From positions 1-64,000 of the forward strand of contig JASFQK010000009.1 of NCBI GenBank assembly GCA_050115495.1: a stretch of DNA of 64,000 bases. Reading direction: 5' to 3'. Made by a program: the position numbers and the translations under genes. Source of the stretch: Phycisphaerae bacterium. GTDB taxonomy: Bacteria > Planctomycetota > Phycisphaerae > UBA1845 > Fen-1342. This document shows, piece by piece, positions 1-10,833 of the stretch; the first letter of the stretch is position 1, and each line of letters begins with the position of its first letter. The notes under the pieces were generated by a model, which was not told the origin of the DNA, made no database searches, and saw nothing but the letters and a program-made list of their open reading frames with translations.

Positions 1-233
1 TCAAGTCGACGGTCCGAGCCGATTCCGCCGAGTCGGGAACAGCTTCGCAGCCTGGTGTCCTTCGCCACGATCGCCGGCAAATGACCTTGATCGCCGCGGG
101 CAATTCTTTCACAAGCTCTCTCGCCCGACATTCCTTGATTTCGGGCCGGAAACGGCAGGCGAGACGCCTGCCCCACCCGGTGTTAGAGATTGCCTCACAA
201 GCTCGCCCGCCCAGACTGGCGCCTGAGGAGCCC

Positions 234-2558
234 ATGGACGTCTCGACCTGGCTGCAACGGATCAAGGTCCATCGTCATTACCGCGGCCAGATCGCCGCCG
301 CCCGCACACTCCCTGCCCGACCCGCCGTGCATCGTTCGCCGACGCAGCCGCTGCCGCCGCCGCTGGCCGCTCTGCTGCAACAAGAAGGCATCGACGAGCT
401 CTACGGCCACCAGGCGGAGAGCTACGACGCCATTCTCGCCGGTGAGAACGTCGTCATCGCCACCGGCACCGCTTCCGGCAAGAGCCTTTGCTATCACCTG
501 CCCGTCCTCAGCGCCCTCCTCGCCGACCCGCGAGCCCGCGCACTCTACGTCTATCCGGCGAAGGCCCTCGCCCACGACCAACTGGGCAACCTCGAACGCA
601 TGACCACCGCCGCCGGCCTCGCCGACGCGGCCCGCCCCGCCTGCTACGACGGCGACACGCCCACGCACCGCCGGCCGGGCATCCGTCGCAACGCTTCGAT
701 CCTGCTCACCAATCCCGACATGCTGCACCAGGGCATCCTCCCCTACCACGCCAAGTGGGCCGCCTTCCTCGGCCAGCTCCGCTACGTCGTTCTCGACGAG
801 ATCCATACCTACCGCGGCATCTTCGGCAGCCACGTCGCCGGCGTCGTCCGCCGACTCCAGCGCCTTTGCCGCCACTACGGTGCCGACCCGCAATTCGTCT
901 GCTGCTCGGCGACGCTCGGCAACCCGCGCGACCTGGCCGAGCGCCTCACCAGCCGACCCATGCACCTCGTCGATCAGGACGCCTCGCCCCGCGGTCAACG
1001 CTGGTTCGTCCTCTGGAATCCGCCCTGGCTCGAAACCGAGACGCGCGTCTCACGCCGCAGCGCCAACGTCGAGGCCCAAGCCCTCATGCAGGCTCTCATC
1101 GAAGCCGGCGCCGGCACCATCACGTTCACCAAGGCCCGCGTCGTCGCCGAGCTGCTCTACAAATACGTCACCGACGCCTTGCAGCGCCGCCGACCCGACC
1201 TCGCCCGCAAGATCCGCCCTTACCGCGGCGGCTACCTACCGCAGGAACGTCGCGACATCGAACGCGCCCTCTTCTCCGGCGAGCTTCTCGGCGTATGCAG
1301 CACGAACGCCCTCGAGCTCGGCATCGACGTCGGCGCCCTCGACGCCGCCCTCATCGTCGGCTTCCCCGGCACGCTGTGCAGCCTGTGGCAGCAGGCCGGC
1401 CGCGCCGGCCGCCGGCGCGACGAATCGCTCGCGATCTTCATCGCCCACGACGACCCGGTCGACCAGTACCTGATGCGCAACCCCGAGTTCCTCTTCGCTC
1501 GCTCCGTCGAGCAAGCCATCATCGACCCCGGCAACCCGCACATCCTCGCCGCCCAGCTCGCCTGCGCCGCCCGCGAACTGCCGCTGACGCCCGCCGACCT
1601 CACCGACTTCAGCCCCGTCGCCACCGGCGTCGTCGAGGCCCTCGTCGAAGAGGGCCGTCTCCGCGGCGGCGAGAACCGCTACGACTACGCCCAGGCCGGC
1701 CTGCCCCAGCAAGAGACCAACCTCCGGACCATCAGCGACGCCACCTACGCCATCATCGACGTCACCGACGACCGCAACGAAATCCTCGGCCAGGTCGACG
1801 CCATCTCGGCCCCCGAGCTCGTCTATCCCGAAGCGGTCTACCTGCACCAGGGCGCCAGCTATCTCGTCCGCGAGCTCGACCAGACCGCCCATCTCGCCCG
1901 CGTCGAGCGCCTCGACGCCGACTACTACACGCAACCCGTCCTCGCCGACGAATGCCGCGTCAACGAGCAGCGTCTGACGGCCGACTGCCTCGGCGGCCAG
2001 CGCTTCTTCGGCAACGTCACCGTGCGCTGGCAGACGGTCGCCTTCCGCAAGTTCAAGTTCCAGACGATGGAGCTGATCGGCCAGACCGCGCTCGACCTCC
2101 CGGCGCAGCAGATCGACACCGCCGGCTGCTGGCTTCAACCGCCGCCGCCCGCCCTCGCCGCCGTGCGCGAGGCCGATCGCGAAGTGTGGGACGCCATGAG
2201 CGGCGTGCGCAACCTGCTCCTCGTCGCCCTACCGACCGTGGCCATGTGCGACCGCTACGACATCGGCGGCGTGGTCAACTCGTCCCAGTTCGGCGTGATG
2301 ACCATCATCCTCTACGACCGTTACGCCGGCGGCGTCGGCTACGCTCGACACGGCTACGAGTCGGCGGCCGACCTGCTCTCTCTCACCCGCGATCTCATCG
2401 CCGGTTGCGAGTGTGAGAACGGCTGCCCCGGCTGCGTCGGCCCGCCCAACCTGCGCATCGCCATCCACCACGACCCCGACGTCGGCTACGGCTACAAAAT
2501 CCCCGACAAGGCCGCCACCCGCACATTGCTCGACGCCTGGCTCGCGCCGCCCCCCTGA
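234..2558 (+). CDS. DEAD/DEAH-box helicase with C-terminal DUF1998 Zn domain (MrfA/Hrq1-like)
   Basis: Motifs ATGTASGKS, DEIH, SAT, QQAGRAGR; C-terminal CDRYD...CECENGCPGC. ATG 234 follows GAGGAG. Confidence 0.9.
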   Translation: MDVSTWLQRIKVHRHYRGQIAAARTLPARPAVHRSPTQPLPPPLAALLQQEGIDELYGHQAESYDAILAGENVVIATGTASGKSLCYHLPVLSALLADPRARALYVYPAKALAHDQLGNLERMTTAAGLADAARPACYDGDTPTHRRPGIRRNASILLTNPDMLHQGILPYHAKWAAFLGQLRYVVLDEIHTYRGIFGSHVAGVVRRLQRLCRHYGADPQFVCCSATLGNPRDLAERLTSRPMHLVDQDASPRGQRWFVLWNPPWLETETRVSRRSANVEAQALMQALIEAGAGTITFTKARVVAELLYKYVTDALQRRRPDLARKIRPYRGGYLPQERRDIERALFSGELLGVCSTNALELGIDVGALDAALIVGFPGTLCSLWQQAGRAGRRRDESLAIFIAHDDPVDQYLMRNPEFLFARSVEQAIIDPGNPHILAAQLACAARELPLTPADLTDFSPVATGVVEALVEEGRLRGGENRYDYAQAGLPQQETNLRTISDATYAIIDVTDDRNEILGQVDAISAPELVYPEAVYLHQGASYLVRELDQTAHLARVERLDADYYTQPVLADECRVNEQRLTADCLGGQRFFGNVTVRWQTVAFRKFKFQTMELIGQTALDLPAQQIDTAGCWLQPPPPALAAVREADREVWDAMSGVRNLLLVALPTVAMCDRYDIGGVVNSSQFGVMTIILYDRYAGGVGYARHGYESAADLLSLTRDLIAGCECENGCPGCVGPPNLRIAIHHDPDVGYGYKIPDKAATRTLLDAWLAPPP

Positions 2559-2639
2559 CGCGCCTCAGTGTGCCACTGCTCTGCGAGCAGTGTCTTCATT
2601 CAGCCGGAAACGCCCCGTTCTCCACCCTTTGCTCCTCAC

Positions 2640-3812
2640 TCACTCGCCCCGCAACGTTCCCCTCACCTTCCTCACCACAAACATCGGGTACTGCCCAACG
2701 CTCCCCATCAGCCGCGGCGCCGCGTTCTCCAGCCAATACAGCAACCCCACGACCGCCCGCCCCGCCAGCCACCTATGCACGTACATCTTCAGAAAATCAA
2801 CATGCACGCTCCGCCAGCAGCGCAGCTCAATCTCGAACCCCAGCCGCTGCCGCCGCCACCAGGACACGGGATGCGCGTGAAAGTACAGCCGTGGCGGCGG
2901 CGTCCCGCCCGTCGCTGACGGCCCGCCCAGCATCTGCCGCAACCGCCGCCCGTACCAGCGCAACCGCCGTTGCAGCGGCCGCAATAGCCCGAACCGCAGC
3001 AGCGGCAGTTTCATCAGTGCACAGCGATCCCCCGCCGAATACACGACGACCGCCGACCCGCCCGGCCGCAGCACGCGATGCAGCTCACGCAGCGCTTTCG
3101 GCTGCTCGTCCTGCGGCACGTGGAACAATGTGTGAATCGACACGACGCCGTCCATCGTCCCGTCTTTCAACGGCAGGTTCGTCACGTCGCCCAGCACAAA
3201 GATCCCCCGCCCGCCGAGCCGCCGCCGCGCCGCCCGCAGCGCCACCAGCGACAGGTCCACGCACACCCGATGCGTGTAGCCCTCGGAATACTCGACGTAC
3301 TCCGGGAATTGCAGCGGCCCTGACGCCACGTCCAGCAGGTACTTCCCGCACGGCGGAATGTGCTGCATCACCCGGCGGTTGCACTGCCGCAGATACTCCC
3401 GCGACACCGGCCGCATATCCTCGTGCAACGCCGCATCGACGAAGTCCTCGCTTGCATCGTCCTGCGGCTGCCAGCCGTGCGCATCGTAGAACGCCTGCGC
3501 GTCGCGCTTCTCCGCGCGCAAGTGCGTCGTCTCGGCATGGTCCGCCCCGCGCGCGACGATCGCCTGCGTCTCGGTGAGAATGACGATCCCGTCCACGATC
3601 GCATACGCCCACCGCCCGTCGTCCGTCAGCAGCGCTGCCTCGAGCGCCCGCGGCACAGCCGACCCATCCCGACAACGCAGCGTCCCGTCGGCGACGCGCG
3701 CGTTCAGCGCCGCCAACTCGTCGGCGTCGGCCAGTCGCAAATCTGTCCCGCTCACCGGACAGCGCAGCACCGCCTGCGCATCGATCACCCACGACTGCAT
3801 CGCCGGCGGCAT
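2640..3812 (-). CDS. Class I SAM-dependent methyltransferase with N-terminal Trm112-like domain
   Basis: N-terminal LRCPVSG...YAIVDGIVIL; LLDVASGP SAM motif; GDVTNLPL. Start uncertain (3812 or 3800). Confidence 0.75.
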   Translation of the reverse strand: MPPAMQSWVIDAQAVLRCPVSGTDLRLADADELAALNARVADGTLRCRDGSAVPRALEAALLTDDGRWAYAIVDGIVILTETQAIVARGADHAETTHLRAEKRDAQAFYDAHGWQPQDDASEDFVDAALHEDMRPVSREYLRQCNRRVMQHIPPCGKYLLDVASGPLQFPEYVEYSEGYTHRVCVDLSLVALRAARRRLGGRGIFVLGDVTNLPLKDGTMDGVVSIHTLFHVPQDEQPKALRELHRVLRPGGSAVVVYSAGDRCALMKLPLLRFGLLRPLQRRLRWYGRRLRQMLGGPSATGGTPPPRLYFHAHPVSWWRRQRLGFEIELRCWRSVHVDFLKMYVHRWLAGRAVVGLLYWLENAAPRLMGSVGQYPMFVVRKVRGTLRGE

Positions 3813-4004
3813 CCCCCGCGATCCGGGCACACTCGCCGGGCGGTCGGCGACGGCCGTGTTGCCGGCGGCGGTTAGCGGCATGTGTGCGGTCCCTTCAGCG
3901 CAGGGAGCGTTCCCGGGCCGCGCTGGCCCGCATCCTGTCTTATCGGGTGCCCCACCCCCACCCTTAAGACCCCCCGCCAACGTCCGGCCCCGTAGCGTTC
4001 TCCG

Positions 4005-4266
4005 GTGCGGCATGCTGAAACCTCAGGGGCCGGCATGGCTCCTGCTCGCGTCGGGAGGAACATGCCGGCGCTGCGCTTCGGCATGCCACACTCCGAAGAC
4101 GTCCGGTGTTCCGGCGCGCCGGGAGACGCTACCGGCTCGGGGCCCGCCACCGACCCACACGCGGCGGCAGAACCAAGCCGAGCCCTGAGCGGTAGCGACG
4201 GGTCGTACGCCGGTAACGCCACGCACCTCGTCCGCGCGGTGCCACTGGTGGCTTGCCCACCAGTGC
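4005..4266. repeat. Mosaic cluster of REP-like palindromes
   Basis: GCATGCTGAAACC...CATGCCGGCGCTGCGCTTCGGCATGCCACA, GAGCGGTAGCGACGGGTCG and GTGCCACTGGTGGCTTGCCCACCAGTGC recur elsewhere in the window. Confidence 0.85.
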
Positions 4267-4333
4267 TCCACGTTCCCTCCACGCGACGCCCGACACGCCG
4301 GATCACCCCCGACAAACAGCCGCCCCCCCCAGT

Positions 4334-4361
4334 TTGACACCTCCCCGCATCGAGATAGAAT
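4334..4361 (+). promoter_or_regulatory. Putative sigma70-type promoter of trxA
   Basis: TTGACA-N16-TAGAAT about 55 nt upstream of the ATG. Confidence 0.6.
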
Positions 4362-4414
4362 CCAACCGAACGTGGTCGGAACCCGTTGACCCTCGAACCG
4401 AACAGGAACCACCG

Positions 4415-4750
4415 ATGGCCGGCGAAAACACCCTCCATTTTGACGAGAGCAACTTCGAAGCCGAGGTGCTGCAGTCCGACGTCCCCGTGCTCGTGGACTT
4501 CTGGGCTGAATGGTGCGGCCCCTGCCTCATGGTCGCCCCCACGATCGAGGAGCTCGCCAACGAATACCAGGGCAAGGCCAAGATCGGCAAGTGCGACGTC
4601 GACAAGGCCCAGCAGCTCGCCGTGCAGTTCGGCGTCCAGAACATCCCCACCGTGATCGTCTTCAAGGGCGGCCAGCCCCTGCACAAGATCGTCGGCGCCA
4701 AGAACAAGCGCGAATACTGCGCCGTCCTCGACGAGATCCTGGCCGGCTAG
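4415..4750 (+). CDS. trxA: Thioredoxin
   Basis: VLVDFWAEWCGPC and IPT motifs, 111 aa. Confidence 0.95.
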   Translation: MAGENTLHFDESNFEAEVLQSDVPVLVDFWAEWCGPCLMVAPTIEELANEYQGKAKIGKCDVDKAQQLAVQFGVQNIPTVIVFKGGQPLHKIVGAKNKREYCAVLDEILAG

Positions 4751-4850
4751 CGCCGCGCGCGCGCAACGATCGTCAGTCTTCCTCAAAAAGAACGTGGCCG
4801 GCATCCATATGCCGGCCACGGTGCTTCCCTGGAGGAGCGAACGGTTCCGC

Positions 4851-5870
4851 CTACTTCACTTCCCAGCTATCGCCCGCATCGAGCAGCTTATCGAGCGTCC
4901 CTTCGCCGATCGACTTCGTCGTCCGCTCGATCTGCCCGAAGAGCAGCTCCTCGTACACCGGGGCCTCGACGTCGCGGAAGATACCGAGCGGCGTCGGGAA
5001 ATCCGGGTAGTGCAGCCGTGAAAGCTGGAACGCCAGGCACGGCGACTTGCAGTGCTCGTCGTGGACCAGCAGATCCTCTTCCTTGATCCCGTCGCCCAAC
5101 CGCACGACTTCGACGTGCGGGCCGTTCAGACGAATGCCCCGATCGCGGTTCTTGCCGAAGATCATCGGCTTGCCGTGCTCGAGGTAGAGAATGTTGTCGT
5201 CGCGCGTCTGCCGGTCGGTCAGGTAGTTGAACGCCGCGTGGTTGTACACGACGCAGTCCTGGTACACCTCGACCAGGGCCATGCCGCGGTGCTGGTACGC
5301 CCGATCCATGACGCGTTCCAGCATTTTCAGATCGTTGTAAATCACGCGGGCCGCGAACGTCACCTCCGCCCCGATGGCGAGCGAGATGGCGTGCGCCGGG
5401 TTCCCGATCGAGCCGAACGGCGTCGACTTGGTCTTCTTGCCCAACTCGCCCGTCGGCGAGGCCTGCCCCTTCGTCAGCCCGTAGATGCGGTTGTTGAACA
5501 GCACCATCTTCAGGCTGATGTTCCGCCGCACTGTGTGCAGGAAGTGATTCCCGCCGATGCTGAGGGCGTCGCCGTCGCCGGTGATGACCCACACGTCGAG
5601 ATCCGGGTTGCCCAGCTTCACGCCCGTGGCGATCGCCGGGGCGCGGCCGTGAATCCCGTGGATCCCGTAGGTGTTCATGTAGTACGGAAACCGGCTGGAG
5701 CAGCCGATGCCCGACACGAACACCACGTTCTCCTTGTGGGCCTGATGCGCGGCCAGCGTCCGTTGCAGCGCGGTGAGAATCGAGTAGTCACCGCAGCCCG
5801 GGCACCAGCGCACGTCCTGGGCGGTCTTGAAGTCCTTCGCGGTTATCGCATTGGCAACACACGTACTCAC
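4851..5870 (-). CDS. korB: 2-oxoacid:ferredoxin oxidoreductase beta subunit (KorB type)
   Basis: WCPGCGD, SGIGCS, HGR, TPP motif GDGD...NN, YGLTKGQASPT. Confidence 0.9.
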   Translation of the reverse strand: MSTCVANAITAKDFKTAQDVRWCPGCGDYSILTALQRTLAAHQAHKENVVFVSGIGCSSRFPYYMNTYGIHGIHGRAPAIATGVKLGNPDLDVWVITGDGDALSIGGNHFLHTVRRNISLKMVLFNNRIYGLTKGQASPTGELGKKTKSTPFGSIGNPAHAISLAIGAEVTFAARVIYNDLKMLERVMDRAYQHRGMALVEVYQDCVVYNHAAFNYLTDRQTRDDNILYLEHGKPMIFGKNRDRGIRLNGPHVEVVRLGDGIKEEDLLVHDEHCKSPCLAFQLSRLHYPDFPTPLGIFRDVEAPVYEELLFGQIERTTKSIGEGTLDKLLDAGDSWEVK

Positions 5871-7747
5871 GGCTGTTGACCTCCGAGAATCTCGTCGATG
5901 CGGGCGAGAATCTCACTGATCAGGAACGGCTTGCCCTGGACCTTGCTCATGCCGATGGCGTCCACCAGGTAGCGCGCCCGCAGCACCCACATGAGTTGCC
6001 CCATGTTCAATTCACACACCAGGACGGTGCGGTAGCTCTTCAGCATCTCACCCAGGTTGGCCGGCATCGGGTTCAGCCAGCGGATGTGGGCGTGCGACAC
6101 GTCCTTGCCGGCCGCCCGCGCCCTCTCCACCGCCGTCCGCACCGCCCCGTACGTCCCGCCCCACGACACGAGCAGCAAGTCGCCCTTCGTGTCGCCGTAC
6201 ACTTCCTGGTCCGGCACGTCCTGCAGAACGTTGTCGATCTTCTCCGCCCGGTGATGCGTCATGCGCTCGTGGTTCACCGGGTCGTAGCTCACCAGTCCCG
6301 TGCGGTCGCCCTTCTCCAGACCGCCGATGCGGTGATGCAAACCCGGCGTGCCCGGAATCGCCCACGGCCGCGATCCGATCTCCGACCGGGCGTACGGCTG
6401 GAACGTCGCCGCATCCGTCGGGTGCGCAACCTCGATCGGCGCCAGCGAGTCCGTCTCTGGAATCCGCCATGGCTCCGAGCCCTGCGCCAGGTACCCGTCC
6501 GTCAGCAGGAACACCGGCGTCATGTACTTCACCGCGATCCGCACGGCCTCGATCGCACCCCAGAAGCAATCGCCCGGCGACTGCGCCGCGAGCACCGGCA
6601 GCGGGCAATCCCCGTGCCGGCCCATGAGCGCCTGAAACAGGTCCGACTGCTCCGTCTTCGTCGGCAAACCCGTGCTCGGCCCACCGCGCTGCACGTTCAC
6701 GATCACCGACGGAAGCTCGACCATGACGCCCAGACCGACGCCTTCCTGCTTCAGGGCCACGCCCGGACCGCTCGTCCCGGTGACCGCGATGCAGCCGGTG
6801 AACGCCGCCCCGATCACGGCACAGTACGCCGCGATCTCGTCCTCCGCCTGGAACGTCCGCACGTCGAAGTTCTTCAGCCGGGCCAGCTCGTGCAGAATCT
6901 CGCTCGCCGGCGTGATCGGATAGCTGCCGTAGAACAGCGGCTTGCCCGCCAGCCGCGCCGCCGTCACCAGCCCCAGCGCCGTCGCCAGGTTGCCGGTCAC
7001 GTTGCGATAGCGGCCCGGCCGCAGATCCGCCTTGGCCACCCGGTACCGCACGGCGAACATCTCGGCCGTTTCGCCGAAGTTGTACCCGGCCTTCAGAGCC
7101 AGCGAGTTCGCACTGGCCACCGCCGGGATCTTCGCAAACTTCTGGTCGATCCAGCGCAGCGTCACGTCCAGGGGCCGGTCGTACAGCCAGCACACCAGGC
7201 CCAGGGCGTAGAAGTTCTTGCAGCGCTCCGCACCCTTCTGGTTCAGCCCGGACTCTTTCACCGCTGCACACGTCTGCGACGTGATCGGCACACGGTGCAC
7301 GCGATACGCCGCCAGCCCATCACCTTCCAGCGGGTTCGAGTCATACCCCGCCTTCGCCAGGTTCTGGGCGTTGAACTCGTCCGTGTTCACCACCAGCACG
7401 CCGCCCGGCGCCAGTTCCGGCAGGCACACCTTCAGCGCCGCCGGGTTCATCGCGATCAACGCATCGATCTTGTCGCCGGGCGTGCGCACCGACCGGCTGC
7501 CGATGTTGATCTGGTAGCCGGACACGCCGCCCAGCGATCCCGCTGGAGCGCGAATCTCCGCCGGAAAATCCGGGAACGTCGCGATGTCGTTCCCCAGCAC
7601 CGCGCTCGCGTTCGTGAGCTGCGTGCCGGCGAGCTGCATGCCGTCGCCCGAATCACCGGCGAAGCGGATCACAACCTGGTCGAGAACTTCGGCTGGCTTG
7701 ATAGAAGAGGGTTCGGTGTGCGTGTCCTCTGAAGACACAGTGCTCAT
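5867..7747 (-). CDS. korA: 2-oxoacid:ferredoxin oxidoreductase alpha (gamma-alpha fusion) subunit
   Basis: FAGDSGDGMQL, YPITPASE, QAEDEIAA, QRGGPSTGLPT; 4-nt overlap with korB. Confidence 0.9.
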   Translation of the reverse strand: MSTVSSEDTHTEPSSIKPAEVLDQVVIRFAGDSGDGMQLAGTQLTNASAVLGNDIATFPDFPAEIRAPAGSLGGVSGYQINIGSRSVRTPGDKIDALIAMNPAALKVCLPELAPGGVLVVNTDEFNAQNLAKAGYDSNPLEGDGLAAYRVHRVPITSQTCAAVKESGLNQKGAERCKNFYALGLVCWLYDRPLDVTLRWIDQKFAKIPAVASANSLALKAGYNFGETAEMFAVRYRVAKADLRPGRYRNVTGNLATALGLVTAARLAGKPLFYGSYPITPASEILHELARLKNFDVRTFQAEDEIAAYCAVIGAAFTGCIAVTGTSGPGVALKQEGVGLGVMVELPSVIVNVQRGGPSTGLPTKTEQSDLFQALMGRHGDCPLPVLAAQSPGDCFWGAIEAVRIAVKYMTPVFLLTDGYLAQGSEPWRIPETDSLAPIEVAHPTDAATFQPYARSEIGSRPWAIPGTPGLHHRIGGLEKGDRTGLVSYDPVNHERMTHHRAEKIDNVLQDVPDQEVYGDTKGDLLLVSWGGTYGAVRTAVERARAAGKDVSHAHIRWLNPMPANLGEMLKSYRTVLVCELNMGQLMWVLRARYLVDAIGMSKVQGKPFLISEILARIDEILGGQQP

Positions 7748-8140
7748 CAGCGTGACTCTCAATCTGGCCCGGCCGGCGCGGCCGTACGCTGCGCCACCCG
7801 GTCGGACTCGGCGGTAACGATGGAAACGGAGACCTGATTTCCCACGATGCCTCGCTCGCCAGCCAGGAGCTGCCTGCTGACGCAAAACGATTAGCTTAGC
7901 ATTTTCATCCAGGCGAAGCCAGACCGCGCTCCACCGCGCCAATCCACGCAGCCGGTGCGGCAAGCCGGCGGCCATCTTCGCCAACGGCCGGTACTCCCGC
8001 AGGAGCCCGGCCGATCTCGCGGCAACATCCCAGATAATAGCAATCCCTGTGCCATCGCCCAGGTTGCCCCCGCTGGGCCCCTGTCCTAGACTCAGCGCCC
8101 CGCCGGCACCCCGCTGGCCCAACCCCAAGCAGGCACCAAC

Positions 8141-9310
8141 ATGGCTTTCTCACAGTCCGACCGTCTCAAAGCCTTGCCCCCCTACCTCTTCGTCGAAATC
8201 GACCGCAAACGCCGCGCCGCCCTCGACACCGGCCACGACGTTATCGACCTGGGTATCGGCGATCCCGACCAGCCTACACCGTCCTTCATCGTCGACCGCA
8301 TGGCCGCCGCCATCCGCGTCTCCGCCAACCACCGCTACCCCGCGAACGAAGGCAGCCCTGCCTTCCGCCGCGAGATCGCCGCCTTTTTCCACCGCCGCTA
8401 CGGCGTGACGCTCGACCCGGCCCGCGAGATCCTCGCCCTCATCGGCACCAAGGAGGGGTTGGGGCATCTGCCGCTGGCGGTGGTGAACCCCGGCCGCACC
8501 GTCCTCGTCCCCGACCCCGGCTATCCGGTGTACCAGGCTGGCGCCATCCTCGCCGGCGGCCGGTCGTGCCCGTTCCGCCTGCGAGCCGAGGGCGGTTGGT
8601 TACCGGACTTTGACGCCATCCCCGCCGACGACGCCCGCGACGCCGTCCTCCTCTACCTCAATTACCCGAACAACCCCACTGGCGCCCTGGCCACGCGCGA
8701 CTGCTTCGAGCGGGCCGTCGCCTTCGCCCGCCGGCACGACCTCATCATCGCCCACGACGCCGCGTACGCCGAGACGTACTTCGCCGGTGACCGTCCGCCC
8801 AGCATCCTTGAAACCCCCGGCGGCCGCGACGTCGCCGTCGAGTTCCACTCGCTCTCCAAGACCTTCAACATGACCGGCTGGCGGCTGGGCTTCGCCGCCG
8901 GCCAGCCCGACGTCCTGGCCGCCCTCGCCCGCGTGAAGTCCAACGTCGACAGCGGCGCCTTCACCGCCGTCCAGGACGCCGGCATCGAAGCGTACCAAGG
9001 CCTCGATCGACCCGAACTTGCTCAGGCTCGCGAGGCTGTCCGCCAACGAGCCGAGACTCTCGCCGACGCCCTCGGCCAGGTCGGCTTCAGCGTCGCCTCG
9101 CCCCGCGCAACCTTCTACGTCTGGGCCGGCGCCCCGACCGGGCACAACGACATGGACACCGTCAATAAGCTCCTCGACGAGGCCCGCATCGTCTGCATCC
9201 CGGGCACCGGTTTCGGCGCCGGTGGCACGGGCTTCGTCCGCTTCGCTGTCACCGTGGACATCGAGCGCATCCGTCAGGCCTGCACCCGTTTGCGAGAATT
9301 GAAGTGGTGA
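8141..9310 (+). CDS. dapL: LL-diaminopimelate aminotransferase (class I/II PLP aminotransferase)
   Basis: LPPYLF, DLGIGDPD, NYPNNPTG, SLSKTFNMTGWRLG, KSNVDSG. Confidence 0.8.
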   Translation: MAFSQSDRLKALPPYLFVEIDRKRRAALDTGHDVIDLGIGDPDQPTPSFIVDRMAAAIRVSANHRYPANEGSPAFRREIAAFFHRRYGVTLDPAREILALIGTKEGLGHLPLAVVNPGRTVLVPDPGYPVYQAGAILAGGRSCPFRLRAEGGWLPDFDAIPADDARDAVLLYLNYPNNPTGALATRDCFERAVAFARRHDLIIAHDAAYAETYFAGDRPPSILETPGGRDVAVEFHSLSKTFNMTGWRLGFAAGQPDVLAALARVKSNVDSGAFTAVQDAGIEAYQGLDRPELAQAREAVRQRAETLADALGQVGFSVASPRATFYVWAGAPTGHNDMDTVNKLLDEARIVCIPGTGFGAGGTGFVRFAVTVDIERIRQACTRLRELKW

Positions 9311-9774
9311 ACCCAACCGCCGCCGGCGGAATCTACATCGGCCTCGGCGCCAATCTGGGGGACCGTGAGGCGAACATCGCGCTCGCCATCGCCGCCCTCG
9401 CCGCCGACGATCGCATCTGCGTTCGCTGTTGTTCGTCGCTTCACGAAACCGATCCCGTCGGCGGCCCCGACGACCAGCCGCGGTACATGAACGCCGCCGC
9501 CGAGCTCGCCACGGATTTGCCGCCGCGAGCGCTGCTTGAGCGCATGCTGGCGATCGAAGTCCGTCTCGGGCGGGTCCGCAGCGTCGCCAACGGCCCGCGT
9601 CCGATCGACCTCGACCTGCTGCTGTACCGTGAAGAGTCGATTGACGAGCAAGACCTGGTCATCCCGCACCCGCGCATGTGGGACCGCCCGTTCGTCCTCG
9701 ACCCGCTGGCGGAAATCTGCCCCCCCGAGCGCCTGGCCGCCGCCCGCCGCCTCGGTGGCCGGACGTCTTCGTAG
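9307..9774 (+). CDS. folK: 2-amino-4-hydroxy-6-hydroxymethyldihydropteridine diphosphokinase
   Basis: YIGLGANLGDR, GPRPIDLDLL, IPHPRMWDRPFVL. Confidence 0.92.
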   Translation: MNPTAAGGIYIGLGANLGDREANIALAIAALAADDRICVRCCSSLHETDPVGGPDDQPRYMNAAAELATDLPPRALLERMLAIEVRLGRVRSVANGPRPIDLDLLLYREESIDEQDLVIPHPRMWDRPFVLDPLAEICPPERLAAARRLGGRTSS

Positions 9775-10040
9775 CGGCCGGTCTCCGTGCCGGCCGTCTT
9801 GGGAAAGCCGTGAGCCTTGAGCCGGAGCGTGGCATGCTGAAGCCGAAGGCGCGCGGGTGCCACTGGTGGCTTGCCCACCAGTGCCGAACGCTGACAATCG
9901 CAAGACCGGGAATGTAGCGTCGGCCCCCCGTGGCCGACGTCGATCGCCATTGGATACGCACCGCGCCAAGCGATCCCGGGCCGCAATGCCTCGTTGCCTT
10001 CTTCCCGCTGCGTGCCACTGGTGGCTTGCCCACCAGTGCC
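9771..10040. repeat. Mosaic cluster of REP-like palindromes
   Basis: GTAGCGGCCGGTCTCCGTGCCGGCCG, GTAGCGTCGGCCCCCCGTGGCCGACG and two copies of GTGCCACTGGTGGCTTGCCCACCAGTGCC. Confidence 0.85.
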
Positions 10041-10068
10041 GATCGTCGACCGCCGCAGGAGACTCTCG

Positions 10069-10710
10069 ATGTTCCTCGACCTCACCACCACCGACCGCGA
10101 CTGGCGTGACGTCTACCAACTTCTCATCGGCTCCGTGAATCCGCGCCCGATCGCCCTCGTCTCCACCATCTCCGCGGCGGGTCAGCGCAACCTCGCCCCC
10201 TTCAGCTTCTTCAACATGGTCTCCGGCAATCCGCCGGTGCTGATCATCTGCCCCAGCTTTCGGCGAAACGGCTCGCCCAAGGACACGCTGCTCAATATCC
10301 GCGAGGTCCCCGAGTTCGTCGTCGCCGTCGTTACCGAGGCGATCGTCGAACCCATGACGCGGGCGGCGGCCGACCTCCCGCGCGGCGACGACGAGTTCGC
10401 CTTCGCCGGTCTGAGGCCGGCGGACGCCAGCCTCGTCCGCCCGCCGCTCGTGGCCGAATCGCCCGTGAACATCGAGTGCCGCCTGCGCCAAACGGTCGAA
10501 ATCAGCCCCCTCCCCGGCGGCGGCACCGTCCTCTTCGGCGATCTCGTGGCGTTGCACATCGCCGACGAGGTCCTCAACCCCAAAGGCCGCATCGACCCGC
10601 GTCTCCTCCCCACCATCGGCCGCCTCGGCGCCCAGAACTACGCCACCGTCCGCCACCCCTACCCCCTCCACGTCCCCCCGCCGCCCGACGCACAAGGCCC
10701 CGCCGAGTGA
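10069..10710 (+). CDS. Flavin reductase family protein
   Basis: PRPIALVST, NLAPFSFFN, KDTLLNI, IGRLG. Confidence 0.88.
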   Translation: MFLDLTTTDRDWRDVYQLLIGSVNPRPIALVSTISAAGQRNLAPFSFFNMVSGNPPVLIICPSFRRNGSPKDTLLNIREVPEFVVAVVTEAIVEPMTRAAADLPRGDDEFAFAGLRPADASLVRPPLVAESPVNIECRLRQTVEISPLPGGGTVLFGDLVALHIADEVLNPKGRIDPRLLPTIGRLGAQNYATVRHPYPLHVPPPPDAQGPAE

Positions 10711-10833
10711 GTCGTCAGCCGTCAGCTGGGAGCTGGGAGCCTCCTGCCGTCCGCCGGCTTCGCCTTCCCTTCCGCCCCCGCAACCTCCGTGCGGCCAGAC
10801 CCTCTTGCCGCTTTGTTGGCCCGCTCTAATGGG

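Noticed and set aside
234..2558. DISARM/Druantia-type defence role for the DUF1998 helicase
   Set aside because: No methylase, PLD or partner helicase downstream; architecture fits a housekeeping MrfA/Hrq1 repair helicase (upstream context is outside the window).
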